Shown here piece after piece: positions 38,026-48,068 of a stretch of DNA of 64,000 bases (its first letter is position 1; each line of letters opens with the position of its first letter). A model generated the notes under the pieces. The model searched no databases, was not told where the DNA came from, and was given only the letters and a program-made list of their open reading frames with translations. Made by a program: the position numbers and the translations under genes. The stretch is from NCBI GenBank assembly GCA_030610855.1, contig JAUWQY010000002.1, positions 24,082 to 88,081 on the forward strand, read 5' to 3'. This DNA comes from Dehalococcoidia bacterium. Lineage in GTDB: Bacteria > Chloroflexota > Dehalococcoidia > GIF9 > AB-539-J10.

Positions 38026-39108
38026 ATGCAGCTACGGATTCCAGGGCCAACACCTTGCCCGCCACAGGCTCTTCAGGCCATGGGACAGCAGATGATGAAC
38101 CATCGGGGGGACAGGTTTGTCAAGATCCTTAAGTCAATAACGGAGAGATTAAAACAGGTATTCCAAACCAAAGGAGATGTTCTGTTACTTACCGCTTCCG
38201 GCACCGGCGGCATGGAGGCAGCCATTGTCAATACTCTGTCACCTGGTGACAAGGTTCTCTCCATAACCAACGGATTCTTCGGCGAGCGATTTCTGGATAT
38301 TGCCAGGGAGTACGGTGCCGAGGTAATCGCCCTTGGTTTTGAATGGGGCAAGCCGGTTGATCCTGATGCGATAGCCGGGGCATTAAGGGCCAATAGTGAC
38401 ATTAAGGCGGTGTTGGTGGTGCACAATGAGACATCCACAGGGATGACAAACAACCTCCGCGAGATAAGCACCGTGGTTAAGACGTTCGACAAACTTCTTC
38501 TGGTTGACGCCATCTCAAGCCTTGGTTGCATCAATCTGCCCGTCGATGAGTGGCTTTGTGATGTAGTGGTTACGGGTTCTCAAAAAGGATGGATGGTTCC
38601 CCCGGGACTAGCCATGGTTAGCGTAAGCGAAAGAGCGTGGCAGGCCCATGCCCGGGCCAGGATGCCACGCTGTTACTGGGATTTTACGTTAGCTAAGGAC
38701 CGTCTCCAGAAAGGGCAAACTCCCTGGACACCAGCGGTCTCTCTCTGCTATGCCCTGGATGCCACTCTGGATCTGATGCTAAGCGAGGGACTGGACAATA
38801 TATTCGCCCGCCATGCCCGAGTAGCCCGACTGACCAGAAACGGAGTAAAATCGCTGGGCCTCTCTCTGTTCTCTGACGAGAATCATGCTTCCAACACAGT
38901 GACTGCCGTGAGCGCCTCTGGCAAAATCGATGTCTCCAGGCTGATACGGGTACTCGAAGATGAGCATGACGTGATTATTGCCGGGGGGCAGGAGAGACTG
39001 TCAGGCAAGATATTTCGTATTGGTCATCTCGGTTCCGTGGGTGACGACGATATGGAGGCAGTATTGGAGGCTCTGAACAAGGCTCTGCCGCTAGCCAAGA
39101 AGGCGTGA
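38026..39108 (+). CDS. class V aminotransferase (alanine-glyoxylate / serine-pyruvate / phosphoserine aminotransferase-like)
   Basis: PLP-dependent fold type I, class V pattern (IPGPTP ..., GTGG, SGSQKGWM with the Lys). AGGAGG SD 9 nt before the ATG at 38026. Confidence 0.8.
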   Translation: MQLRIPGPTPCPPQALQAMGQQMMNHRGDRFVKILKSITERLKQVFQTKGDVLLLTASGTGGMEAAIVNTLSPGDKVLSITNGFFGERFLDIAREYGAEVIALGFEWGKPVDPDAIAGALRANSDIKAVLVVHNETSTGMTNNLREISTVVKTFDKLLLVDAISSLGCINLPVDEWLCDVVVTGSQKGWMVPPGLAMVSVSERAWQAHARARMPRCYWDFTLAKDRLQKGQTPWTPAVSLCYALDATLDLMLSEGLDNIFARHARVARLTRNGVKSLGLSLFSDENHASNTVTAVSASGKIDVSRLIRVLEDEHDVIIAGGQERLSGKIFRIGHLGSVGDDDMEAVLEALNKALPLAKKA

Positions 39109-39448
39109 GCACTGAAACTGAGAGCCATGGGCTGTCAACCTGTAAGTTGCTTCCTGCGTTCGCCCGATAACCGCCCAGGGCAATCCCGCCAGGCTCTTGC
39201 CACCCTGGTCAGAGATGAGTCGATGTAGCCTTTCACCGCCAAGTGCTTTCGCCAGCTTTCCCGAGCAAAGTCAGTGGAGCCTGCCATCTTCTGGCTATCC
39301 TACTTAGTCTCACTGCCGAGTCGCCTGCTATGGCCGCTGCAATGGAGGTATTCATCAATTGGCCCTGTCCGCCCAGATATGATCCTGATGAGCAAGGCGA
39401 TGAAGAGCCCCGATTTGTCGGGATGGAAATCTGGATCGCCTGCTAAAT

Positions 39449-39898
39449 CTAGCAGGCAGCAAGCAATTCTGAGACTATCTCGCTGACTTCTTTGCCATCG
39501 GCCTTGCCTTTGAGTTGAGGCATAAGCTGAGACATGACTTTCCCTCTGTCGCCCGGCCCCCTGGCCCCGACTGCATCAACTACCTGCCGTGCCGCTGATA
39601 TTATCTCCTCTCGGCTCATCTGTTGAGGAAGATAACTCATAAGAACAGCCAGTTCTGCTTCCTCCTGTGCCACCAGATCGCTACGATTCCCCCGCTTAAA
39701 CGCTTCGATGCTCTCTCGGCGGCGTCTTGCTTCCCTGGCAATAACATCAAGCACTTTGCTATCGTCGGCCGGCTTTTGCTGAGCAATCTCAGCATACTTT
39801 ATTTCCGATAACAATAACCTTAATGTGGCAACCTCGGTTCTCTGTTGCTTCTTAAGCGCCACTTTGAGGGCTTCCCGGATGCCGTCCTTCAGTGCCAT
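39449..39898 (-). CDS. GatB/YqeY domain protein
   Basis: 149 aa; YqeY family (LKDGIREALK ... ATLRLLLSEIK ... KGKADGKEVSEIV); immediately downstream of rpsU. Confidence 0.8.
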   Translation of the reverse strand: MALKDGIREALKVALKKQQRTEVATLRLLLSEIKYAEIAQQKPADDSKVLDVIAREARRRRESIEAFKRGNRSDLVAQEEAELAVLMSYLPQQMSREEIISAARQVVDAVGARGPGDRGKVMSQLMPQLKGKADGKEVSEIVSELLAAC

Positions 39899-39905
39899 TT
39901 CCTGG

Positions 39906-40082
39906 CTATCTAGAGCTCTTCCGCCTTTTCGCTGCCGCTTTCTTCTTCCTCTCTACACTGGGTTTTTCGTAGTGTCTGCGGCGGCGAACTTCAGCTAGAA
40001 TGCGATCTTGCTGCACCTGCCTGTTGAACCTGCGCAGCAGGCCCTCGAAACCCTCCCCTGAACCAAGCTTTACATCTGCCAT
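39906..40082 (-). CDS. rpsU: 30S ribosomal protein S21
   Basis: 58 aa, missing from the ORF track. MADVKLGSGEGFEGLLRRFNRQVQQDRILAEVRRRRHYEKPSVERKKKAAAKRRKSSR matches S21 (..ALRRFKR...L.E.RRR.FYEKPS..RK). Confidence 0.85.
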   Translation of the reverse strand: MADVKLGSGEGFEGLLRRFNRQVQQDRILAEVRRRRHYEKPSVERKKKAAAKRRKSSR

Positions 40083-40321
40083 ATCAAAACAGACCGTATT
40101 TTACCCCCATTACTCCACTGTGTCAATTATGGAAAACTCCATGCTGGTTGGCATGGAGAGGTAGAAGCGAGGAGAATTCCCGCAGCGCTCCTGTCGGGGA
40201 CTCAGGCATGCCGGGCAAGAGGACTTATGGCAGGGGCAACGTCAACAGCGGTAGAGTGAGCCATGATAATTGACAGATAGCACCAAGATGTGATAACAAT
40301 ATTGTACTTGGGGGAGAGAAG

Positions 40322-40723
40322 ATGGCATCAAACAAGAGAAGGTCCAAGCGTGAGTCTATAATCAGATCCCTCGCAGAAAAGTGGTTCTCCGCTTCTGTGA
40401 AACTAGTAGATAGATATGCGCCGGATAGGCTGCTGCTCTTTGCCCTCAACTTCCTGGATAAGCGTGTGCCGAACAGGCTGATTACTTTCGCAAGCAACGC
40501 GGTCGAGAAACTGGTTCCTCGTAAGCTGCGCTCTACTGCTATTGCTGCCGCCGATGAGTATGTCCCTGACACCGTGGCGAATTCGAGAAAGACTTGCACT
40601 GTCATCGCCGCGGTAGGGAAGTATATCCCGGACGAGATAATACCCCCGGAGTCGGCAGAAACCTGGGAGAATCTCAAAACAAAACTCCATATTCCGAAAC
40701 TCATATCAAACAAGCAGAAGTGA
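40322..40723 (+). CDS. hypothetical small protein with degenerate ~17-residue repeats
   Basis: 133 aa; GGAG SD upstream. Repeated K(L/R)VP(D/N)RL..FA.NA.. units (KLVDRYAPDRLLLFALNFLD / KRVPNRLITFASNAVE / KLVPRKLRSTAIAAADE / YVPDTVANS.. / YIPDEII). Favoured over the overlapping antisense ORF at 40225..40755. Confidence 0.4.
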   Translation: MASNKRRSKRESIIRSLAEKWFSASVKLVDRYAPDRLLLFALNFLDKRVPNRLITFASNAVEKLVPRKLRSTAIAAADEYVPDTVANSRKTCTVIAAVGKYIPDEIIPPESAETWENLKTKLHIPKLISNKQK

Positions 40724-40795
40724 GCGCCTATAGTAGATGCAGGTGTTTTCGCCATAGCTCCTCACGATGTTGGTGAGGAAGAAGTGTGGTATTGA

Positions 40796-41845
40796 ATGCA
40801 GTACGAAAAGGTCTATCTGGAGTCGTTTGGTTATGAACTCCCTGAGCATGTCGTCACATCCTTGAGCCTGGAAGAAAGACTGGCCCCAATATACGACAAG
40901 TTGCATCTTTCCTACGGGCGCCTGGAATTGTCGACTGGAATCCGAGAACGGCGATTCTGGGATGATGATGTGACGCCCAGCCAGGCCAGTATCAGAGCGG
41001 CAGAAAAGGCCATCAACAAATCCGGGATCAACAAAGAGGATATCGGATGCCTGCTCCATACTTCTGTATCCCGCGATTTCCTGGAGCCGGCGACAGCTAC
41101 CGTGGTTCATGATTCTTTGGGACTCCCTCCCGCAGCCATGATTTTCGACATCTCCAATGCCTGTCTGGGTTTCATCAACGGCATGGTAACTCTGGCCAAT
41201 ATGATTGAGCTGGGTCAGGTAAAAGCAGGCGTTGTCGTTGGCTGTGAGAACAGCAAACGGCTTATTGACACAACCATCATTAAACTCTTGAGAGACCCTG
41301 ACATCACCAGAGCTAAGCTCAAACTCGCCTTTGCCACTCTAACTTTGGGGTCCGGAGCAGTGGCGGCGGTGCTAACCCACTCCTCCATGTCGCAAGACGG
41401 TCATAAGCTCCTTGGTGGCGTAACGCGCGCTGCTTCACAACATAATGGTCTTTGTCGTATAGAAGCCGATGCTTCTTTCCTCGACCTGCATGAGCTCCCG
41501 GATATGCGCACGGACCAAAAACGAATCCTGGAAAATGGACTGAGATTGGCGCCTGACACATGGGAGGCCATAAAACAAGAGCTTGAATGGAGAAACTCCG
41601 ACGTAGATAAGGTTTTTGCTCACCAGGTTAGCGCCTCGCATAGTAAGCTGTTATTCGAGGCTTTGGGGCTGGATACTGCAAGAGACTTCTCCACCCTGGA
41701 ATATCTGGGAAATGTTGGGTCGGTTTCCCTTCCCATTACCATGGCTATCGGAATTGACCAGGGTCGCCTTAACACTGGCGACAAAGTTGCTGCGCTCGGG
41801 ATTGGCAGCGGCCTGGTTTGTCTTATGCTGGGTCTGCAATGGTAG
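40796..41845 (+). CDS. 3-oxoacyl-ACP synthase III (FabH-like) family protein
   Basis: 349 aa; thiolase-fold KAS III pattern with the active-site Cys in the DISNACLGF context and a C-terminal GN(V/T)GS-like block. Confidence 0.85.
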   Translation: MQYEKVYLESFGYELPEHVVTSLSLEERLAPIYDKLHLSYGRLELSTGIRERRFWDDDVTPSQASIRAAEKAINKSGINKEDIGCLLHTSVSRDFLEPATATVVHDSLGLPPAAMIFDISNACLGFINGMVTLANMIELGQVKAGVVVGCENSKRLIDTTIIKLLRDPDITRAKLKLAFATLTLGSGAVAAVLTHSSMSQDGHKLLGGVTRAASQHNGLCRIEADASFLDLHELPDMRTDQKRILENGLRLAPDTWEAIKQELEWRNSDVDKVFAHQVSASHSKLLFEALGLDTARDFSTLEYLGNVGSVSLPITMAIGIDQGRLNTGDKVAALGIGSGLVCLMLGLQW

Positions 41846-41959
41846 CACAGGGAACGACCCCTGCGAGATGAGCTCAGGAGAACACACCTTCAGACTGTGA
41901 CGCAATTGGATTGCTCCGGGCCGCGCCCGTATCTACATTCTTGAGCGGAGTTCTACTCT

Positions 41960-43228
41960 ATGGTGGCAAAGAAGAGTGATGAGAGACGAATTGTAATAAC
42001 CGGGGTTGGCCTCACGGCGCCAAACGGAAATAACCTGACGGAATTTCGGCGGAGTCTCCTCGACGGCAAATCCGGGGTGCAGAAATTCGAGGTCCGCTAC
42101 ATGGGTGAGGTGCTGGCCGGTATATGTCACTTCGACCCGCTGAAGTATCAGAAGAAGAAGGAATTGCGGCGTGGGACGAGGGCAGGCTCTATCGCGATTT
42201 ACTGCGCCCAAGAAGCAATCGCTAACGCTAAGCTAGACCTTGCATGCCTCGACAAATCGAGGATCGGTGTTTACCTCGGGATTACTGAGCATGGCACCGT
42301 GGAGACCGAAAACGAAATCTATGAGATCAAGCAATTCGACTACGATGTGAAATACTGGTCTCACCATCATAATCCAAGGGTGGTAGCCAATAATCCCGCC
42401 GGTGAAGTCACCTTGAATATGGGCATTACTGGACCGCACTATACTCTGGGGGCCGCATGTGCCGGCGGCAACCTCGGGCTGATACAGGGCTTACAGATGC
42501 TGTTGCTGAACGAAGTCGATTTGGCTCTGGGTGGCGGGGTTTCGGAAAGTACCGCTTCCTTCGGTATTTTTGCTGGCTTCAGAAGTGAAGGGGCTCTGGC
42601 TTCCCATCCAAACCCTGAGAAGGCATGCCGTCCCTTTGACAAGGATCGGAATGGCGTGGTTGTTGCAGAAGGCGGCGGTATTTTTGTTCTGGAAAGACTG
42701 AGCGATGCGCAGAAAAGGGGAGCCAGGATCTACGGCGAAATCGTGGGCTATGCTATCAACTCGGATGCGTTGGACTTTATTTTGCCCAGCGCAGAAAGAC
42801 AGGTTGAGTGCATGAAGCTTTCTCTTAACAAAGCCGGCATATCTCCCGAAGATATCGATATCATCAATACCCACGGGACGGGCACTGCTGAAGGAGACCC
42901 TGTGGAGTGCCAGGCAATTAGGGAGGTCTTCGGCGAATATCCTCATGCTTATATGAACAACACCAAGAGCTTCATTGGTCACGCCATGGGTGCCGCCGGC
43001 GCTTTGGAACTGGCTGGTAACTTACCCTCTTTTGAGGACTATATCGTCCATCCGACGATCAATCTGGACCACCTGGATCCTGAGTGTAATCTCAACCATC
43101 TGGTTATCAATGAACCAAAGAGGATTGACAAGGTTGACTATATATTGAATAATTCCTTCGGAATGTTGGGCATCAATTCGGTTGTTATCGTAAAAAGATT
43201 TGAGCCACAAAACTGCAAGCATTCTTGA
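41960..43228 (+). CDS. beta-ketoacyl-ACP synthase (FabF/FabB-like KAS I/II)
   Basis: 422 aa; RRIVITGVG N-terminus; active Cys (GAACAGG) and the two His (HGTGT, GHAMGAAG) present. Confidence 0.9.
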   Translation: MVAKKSDERRIVITGVGLTAPNGNNLTEFRRSLLDGKSGVQKFEVRYMGEVLAGICHFDPLKYQKKKELRRGTRAGSIAIYCAQEAIANAKLDLACLDKSRIGVYLGITEHGTVETENEIYEIKQFDYDVKYWSHHHNPRVVANNPAGEVTLNMGITGPHYTLGAACAGGNLGLIQGLQMLLLNEVDLALGGGVSESTASFGIFAGFRSEGALASHPNPEKACRPFDKDRNGVVVAEGGGIFVLERLSDAQKRGARIYGEIVGYAINSDALDFILPSAERQVECMKLSLNKAGISPEDIDIINTHGTGTAEGDPVECQAIREVFGEYPHAYMNNTKSFIGHAMGAAGALELAGNLPSFEDYIVHPTINLDHLDPECNLNHLVINEPKRIDKVDYILNNSFGMLGINSVVIVKRFEPQNCKHS

Positions 43229-43248
43229 AATAGATAGATTGGGGGTAC

Positions 43249-43500
43249 ATGACCAAGGAACAAATTAGAGCCACGCTTCTCGAAATCATAGCCCAAATCA
43301 TACCGGACGAAGACCTGAGCAATCTGAAGGGTGACGTCGCGATACGAGAACAAGTGGAACTCGACTCAATGGACTTCTTAGATATCGTTATGGAGTTGCG
43401 AAAGCGCTTCGGTATCGAAGTACCCGAGAGTGACTACACAGAACTAGCCACCCTGGATGGCTCTGTAGCCTATCTGGAGCCACGGATGAAAGACCTCTAG
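43249..43500 (+). CDS. acyl carrier protein
   Basis: 83 aa; phosphopantetheine-attachment serine in LDSMDFLDIV (DSL-like). Confidence 0.85.
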   Translation: MTKEQIRATLLEIIAQIIPDEDLSNLKGDVAIREQVELDSMDFLDIVMELRKRFGIEVPESDYTELATLDGSVAYLEPRMKDL

Positions 43501-43596
43501 TCCAGAGCGCCAGCAAGCCAGGAACAAAGGCCTTTGTCGCATTCTACCCGACGATTGAAGGTTGAGCTAGCCCTCGGTTTCTAGAAGAGCCTGCCC

Positions 43597-44982
43597 ATGC
43601 ATTATGATGTTCTGATTATCGGCGCCGGAATGTCTGGTCTTGCCGCTGGCATCAGATTAGCCTACTACGACAAGAAGGTCTGCATCGTCGAAAAGCATTA
43701 CCGTGTCGGAGGACTCAACTCGTTCTACAGCTTACGAGGACATAAACTCGACGTCGGCCTCCATGCCATGACCAATTATGTACCCGGGGATGCTAAATCA
43801 AGGCCGTTGCCCAGGTTGCTGCGACAGCTCAAGCTAAAAGCTGAAGATTTCGCCCTCTGCCCGCAACGCATGTCAGTAATCAGATTTCCCGACAAGACCC
43901 TGAGGTTTAATAACGACTTCAACTTCTTCGTGCAAGAGGTCGTCGACAGCTTTCCAGGACAAGCTGACAACTTCCAAAAGCTGCTTAAGACTACTCTTGA
44001 ATATGATGAATTGAACCTGTATGCCCAACCGGTTTCGGCTCGTGAGGTAGTGAGTTCTGTTATTTCCGACCCGCTCCTCACCGACATGATTTTCTGCCCG
44101 CTCATGTTCTACGGGAATCCCCAGGAGAACGACATGGAGTTCGGGCAGTTTGTTATCATGTTCAAGAGTATCTTCTGCGAAGGATTTGCCCGACCTCAGG
44201 ACGGCGTGCGCCAGATCCTTGACGTGCTGGTGAACAAATACAGAGGTTACGGCGGCGAACTGAAGATGAGGTGCGCGGTAACAAGTCTCAAATGCGCCAA
44301 CGGCAAGGTTGCATCAATCCTGCTCGAGAACGGTGAAGTCCTTACCGCTGACAGGATACTCTCATCGGCCGGTTACGTTGAAACCATGCAGCTGCTAGCC
44401 GACTCTGATTCTTCGGCAGTCAATCATCCAGTGGGTCAACTCTCATTTGTAGAGTCTATTCTGATTCTAGACAAAGAACCTGCCGAAATGGGCTATAATA
44501 CGACAATCACCTTTTACAATGATTCGGATAGATTTGCTTATCGAAAACCCGCGGAACTCGTTGATGTTTCCAGTGGTGTTATCTGTTGCCCGAATAACTT
44601 CGAACTAGAACATCCCTTGCCGGAGGGCATGATCAGAATAACTAACCTGGCTAACTTCGATCTCTGGAACAGCTTGAGTGAAGAAGAGTACAAGACCTGG
44701 AAAGCTGCCTGGCTGGAAACCACGCTCAAACAGGTGGTGAGATTCGTGCCCGATTTCCGTGACTCCATTATCTTCACCGATGTCTTCACTCCGAAAACAA
44801 TCCGCAGATTCACCGGCCATATAAATGGCGCGGTCTACGGGACACCGGACAAGATCAAGACGGGCGAGACTCAACTAGAGAACCTGTTCATCTGCGGAAC
44901 CGACCAGGGATTCCTCGGAATCGTTGGAGCAATGCTTAGCGGTATCTCGATGGCAAATCTTCACGTTTTGCAGAAGACCTAG
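43597..44982 (+). CDS. FAD-dependent oxidoreductase, phytoene desaturase (CrtI)-like family
   Basis: 461 aa; N-terminal dinucleotide fold DVLIIGAGMSGLAAG ... VGGL; CrtI/amine-oxidase-like length. Confidence 0.8.
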   Translation: MHYDVLIIGAGMSGLAAGIRLAYYDKKVCIVEKHYRVGGLNSFYSLRGHKLDVGLHAMTNYVPGDAKSRPLPRLLRQLKLKAEDFALCPQRMSVIRFPDKTLRFNNDFNFFVQEVVDSFPGQADNFQKLLKTTLEYDELNLYAQPVSAREVVSSVISDPLLTDMIFCPLMFYGNPQENDMEFGQFVIMFKSIFCEGFARPQDGVRQILDVLVNKYRGYGGELKMRCAVTSLKCANGKVASILLENGEVLTADRILSSAGYVETMQLLADSDSSAVNHPVGQLSFVESILILDKEPAEMGYNTTITFYNDSDRFAYRKPAELVDVSSGVICCPNNFELEHPLPEGMIRITNLANFDLWNSLSEEEYKTWKAAWLETTLKQVVRFVPDFRDSIIFTDVFTPKTIRRFTGHINGAVYGTPDKIKTGETQLENLFICGTDQGFLGIVGAMLSGISMANLHVLQKT

Positions 44983-45091
44983 TCAGAATCCTGATGATAA
45001 GTACGAGCAACAGGAAAGCTCCTCCTAAATCCCCCTCTTAGGATAAGAGGGGCAAGGGGAGTTATGGGACTCCGATGGCAAAGGAAGAAGC

Positions 45092-46495
45092 ATGACCCAC
45101 GATTGGTTGAAGGAGACAAGGTCGGAATATGATGTCGTTGTCATTGGCGGCGGATTGGCGGGGTTGACCTGTGCCAATATGCTGGCCAGAGGAGGACACT
45201 CGGTCTTGCTTCTTGAGCAGCACCACAACCTTGGCGGATTGGCCACCTGGTTCAATAGAAAGGGACATATCTTTGATATCGCCCTGCACGGATTCCCGGT
45301 CGGCATGATCAAGACCTGTCGTAAATACTGGAATCCCGAAATCGCCGGCATGATTGTCCAGCTCAAAGGGATCAGATTCGACAACCCGCAGTTCTCCTTT
45401 ACCACAACCTATGACAGGGAGGATTTCACGCGCATCTTGCAGGAGCGGTTCAAAATACCTCAACACAGCATTGAAGGCTTTTTCGATACAGCGAGAAACA
45501 TGAACTTCTACGATGACCAGAGCATGACCACGAGAGAGCTTTTTGAGAGGTTCTTTCCCGGCCGCGACGACGTTCACCGCATGTTGATGGAACCTATCAC
45601 CTATGCCAACGGATCGACCCTGGACGATCCCGCCATAAGCTACGGCATTGTCTTTTCCAACTTCATGAGCAAAGGCGTCTGTACCGTTCAGGGGGGGACG
45701 GATCAGTTCATCGGAAGAATGCGGGACGAGCTTCTAAGAAACGGCGTTGATATTCGAACCAGGTGCCTGGCGGAAAGAATCGTCGTCGAAGACGGCAGAG
45801 CCGCCGGCGTAATAGCGAATGGAAAGAGGATCAAGAGCAAGACTGTTGTCTCCAACGGCAATCTGTTATCAACCATCCACGAACTGGTGGGAGACGAGCA
45901 CTTCTCTGAGAGCTTCGTCGCAGAGGCGAGGAAGGTGCGCCTCAACAACAGCAGTTGCCAGGTCTACATGGGGATCAGGAAGGGCGAGAAGATTGACTAC
46001 ATAGGAGATTTGCTTTTCACCTCGGCGGCGGGGAAATTCAATTCTCAAGAGCTTTGCAGCAAGAACACCACCAGCAGGACGTTTTCAGTTTACTATCCGC
46101 AGACCCGGCCCGGCTCCGATATGTACTCCATCGTTGCCTCCTCCAACGCCAATTACGACGACTGGGCAAATCTGTCTGAGGAAGAGTATCGCACCTCTAA
46201 GGAAGAATTGACGGAGAGAGTGCTCGACGCTCTGGAGAAATACGTTCCTCGCATTCGAGACAAGGTAGATTACCTGGAAGCTGCCACTCCGAAGACATTT
46301 CAAAGGTATACGCTCCATTTGAGCGGTGCCTCTTTCGGCACCAAGTTTGAAGGGCTAAAGGTCAGCATGGGTCTTCCCAAAGAGCTACCGGGACTTTTTC
46401 ATACCGGCTCTGTGGGGATTATTATGTCAGGTTGGCTGGGGGCAGCTAACTATGGAGTGATCGTCGCCAATGATGTAGATAAATTCCTTTCATAA
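45092..46495 (+). CDS. FAD-dependent oxidoreductase, phytoene desaturase (CrtI)-like family (second paralogue)
   Basis: 467 aa; [15 protein letters not shown] ... LGGL dinucleotide motif; paralogous to the preceding gene. Confidence 0.8.
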   Translation: MTHDWLKETRSEYDVVVIGGGLAGLTCANMLARGGHSVLLLEQHHNLGGLATWFNRKGHIFDIALHGFPVGMIKTCRKYWNPEIAGMIVQLKGIRFDNPQFSFTTTYDREDFTRILQERFKIPQHSIEGFFDTARNMNFYDDQSMTTRELFERFFPGRDDVHRMLMEPITYANGSTLDDPAISYGIVFSNFMSKGVCTVQGGTDQFIGRMRDELLRNGVDIRTRCLAERIVVEDGRAAGVIANGKRIKSKTVVSNGNLLSTIHELVGDEHFSESFVAEARKVRLNNSSCQVYMGIRKGEKIDYIGDLLFTSAAGKFNSQELCSKNTTSRTFSVYYPQTRPGSDMYSIVASSNANYDDWANLSEEEYRTSKEELTERVLDALEKYVPRIRDKVDYLEAATPKTFQRYTLHLSGASFGTKFEGLKVSMGLPKELPGLFHTGSVGIIMSGWLGAANYGVIVANDVDKFLS

Positions 46496-46505
46496 GGCGC
46501 AGGAA

Positions 46506-47246
46506 ATGTATGATTTCAGAGGACAGACTATCATCGTCACCGGCGGAACCAGAGGGATAGGCAAGGGGATTTCCGAGGGCTTCCTGAAGTCAGGAGCTAA
46601 GGTTACCGCTACCTATTCGACAAATGAAGCTGCGGCGGCACAATTTCAACAGGACAACAGCCAGTTCGCAGAAATGATTGATATCCGGAAGCTTGATGTG
46701 ACCAAATATGAAGAGGTGGAAGAGTTTTTCAAGTACATGGAAACGAGATATGGGAGCTTTGAAGTCCTGGTGAACAACGCCGGTATCCGAAAGGACTCGG
46801 TCCTGGCGATGATGAAAGAATCGGACTGGCATGACGTGATGAATGTCAACCTCGCGGGAGCCTTCTACATGTGCAAATTTGCCGTTATGAGCCTGATGCG
46901 CAGACGATACGGACGGATTATCAACGTAAGCTCTGTCATGGAAAGATACGCGTTTGAAGGCCAGGCCAACTATGCAGCTTCAAAGGCAGGCCTCGTTGCA
47001 TTGACCAAATCACTGTCCAAGGAGGTCGCCACCCGGGGTATTACGGTTAACTGCGTCTCGCCGGGATTCATTACCACCGAGTTGATCCAGGACCTTCCCG
47101 ATAAACTGCGTGAAGCTTACCTGGCCCGGATTCCCCTGAAGAGATTCGGAAGCACTGAAGAAGTGGCTGCCTGCGTTCTTTTCCTCGCTTCCAGAGAAGC
47201 GTCCTATGTCACCGGTTCTACTCTTGAGGTAGCGGGAGGATTATGA
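46506..47246 (+). CDS. SDR family 3-oxoacyl-ACP reductase (FabG-like)
   Basis: 246 aa; TGGTRGIGKG cofactor motif, NNAG, catalytic YxxxK (YAASK). Confidence 0.85.
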   Translation: MYDFRGQTIIVTGGTRGIGKGISEGFLKSGAKVTATYSTNEAAAAQFQQDNSQFAEMIDIRKLDVTKYEEVEEFFKYMETRYGSFEVLVNNAGIRKDSVLAMMKESDWHDVMNVNLAGAFYMCKFAVMSLMRRRYGRIINVSSVMERYAFEGQANYAASKAGLVALTKSLSKEVATRGITVNCVSPGFITTELIQDLPDKLREAYLARIPLKRFGSTEEVAACVLFLASREASYVTGSTLEVAGGL

Positions 47247-47247
47247 G

Positions 47248-47673
47248 ATGGAGGAGATTCTAAACGCCATACCCCATCGTCCACCGTTCCTGTTTGTCGA
47301 CAGGATCGTGGAGTTGAGCGGAACAAAGATCAGGACAACGAAAGAGATAAGGCCCGATGAACCGGTCTTCGAAGGACATTATCCCGGACAACCAATCATG
47401 CCCGGGGCGCTCATCTGTGAATCCATTTTTCAAACAGGCGCAGTCCTGCTCTCCAAGATGATGGGCGGCGTCGGCGAAGGCGTTCCCGTCTTGACGCGCA
47501 TCAATAACGCCAAGTTCAAGAGCATCGTCAAGCCCGGCAGCACTCTGGATATCGAGGCAGAACTGATGGAAAAGGTCAGCAATGCCTACTACATGAAGGG
47601 CAAAGCCTCGGTCGCGGGCAGGACATCGGTCACCGTCGAATTTACAGTCACCTTGACCAGCCAGGCACCCTGA
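47248..47673 (+). CDS. hotdog-fold 3-hydroxyacyl-ACP dehydratase (FabZ/FabA-like)
   Basis: 141 aa; IPHRPPFLFVDRIVE ... FEGHYPGQPIMPG matches the FabZ signature. Confidence 0.75.
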   Translation: MEEILNAIPHRPPFLFVDRIVELSGTKIRTTKEIRPDEPVFEGHYPGQPIMPGALICESIFQTGAVLLSKMMGGVGEGVPVLTRINNAKFKSIVKPGSTLDIEAELMEKVSNAYYMKGKASVAGRTSVTVEFTVTLTSQAP

Positions 47674-47837
47674 CATGTAGTTAGGCTGTTCAGGAATGTA
47701 GTTGCCCAATTCATTGGGCGGTTCGTGCCTGATAAATCGGGCAACGACAAGAATGCCCGAATCTGAGCCGGAAAGCGAGATGATCTAGTTCAGATAGATG
47801 GGTGATACTTCATGTGCTTGTAATACTGGGTAATAAC

Positions 47838-47990
47838 CTTCCGTGTCATTGCGAGCCCCAACTTGTCGGGGCGTGGCAATCTCATTGCGAAGCCGGAGCC
47901 TGCTATAGTTGGACGGATGAACCTCGCTTAGAGATTGCGGAGCCTGTTCCGAACCGCAGGTGAGGAATCTCGCTCCTCGCAATGACAAGA
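47838..47990. repeat. inverted-repeat element (TGTCATTGCGAG ... CTCGCAATGACA) with internal CATTGCGAAG copy, in the 395-nt gap before the FabI-like gene
   Basis: Near-perfect 12-nt inverted repeat arms about 135 nt apart, plus a third CATTGCGA copy; includes the palindromic motif CCCCAACTTGTCGGGG. Confidence 0.5.
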
Positions 47991-48068
47991 AAGAAGTGTC
48001 TCTAATCACGTGAACGAGTACACGAAATTGAACGGTCCAATATTGGAAGGTATAATAAGGAGCATTAT

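Noticed and set aside
39439-39456. Hairpin CCTGCTA-aatc-TAGCAGG overlapping the yqeY stop codon, as a bidirectional terminator
   Set aside because: Short stem without a flanking U-tract on either strand, and it overlaps the coding stop. Not convincing as an intrinsic terminator.
40225-40755. 176 aa minus-strand ORF overlapping the plus-strand repeat-protein ORF
   Set aside because: No recognisable family or internal structure. The plus-strand ORF has an SD and protein-level repeats, so the minus ORF is probably its shadow.
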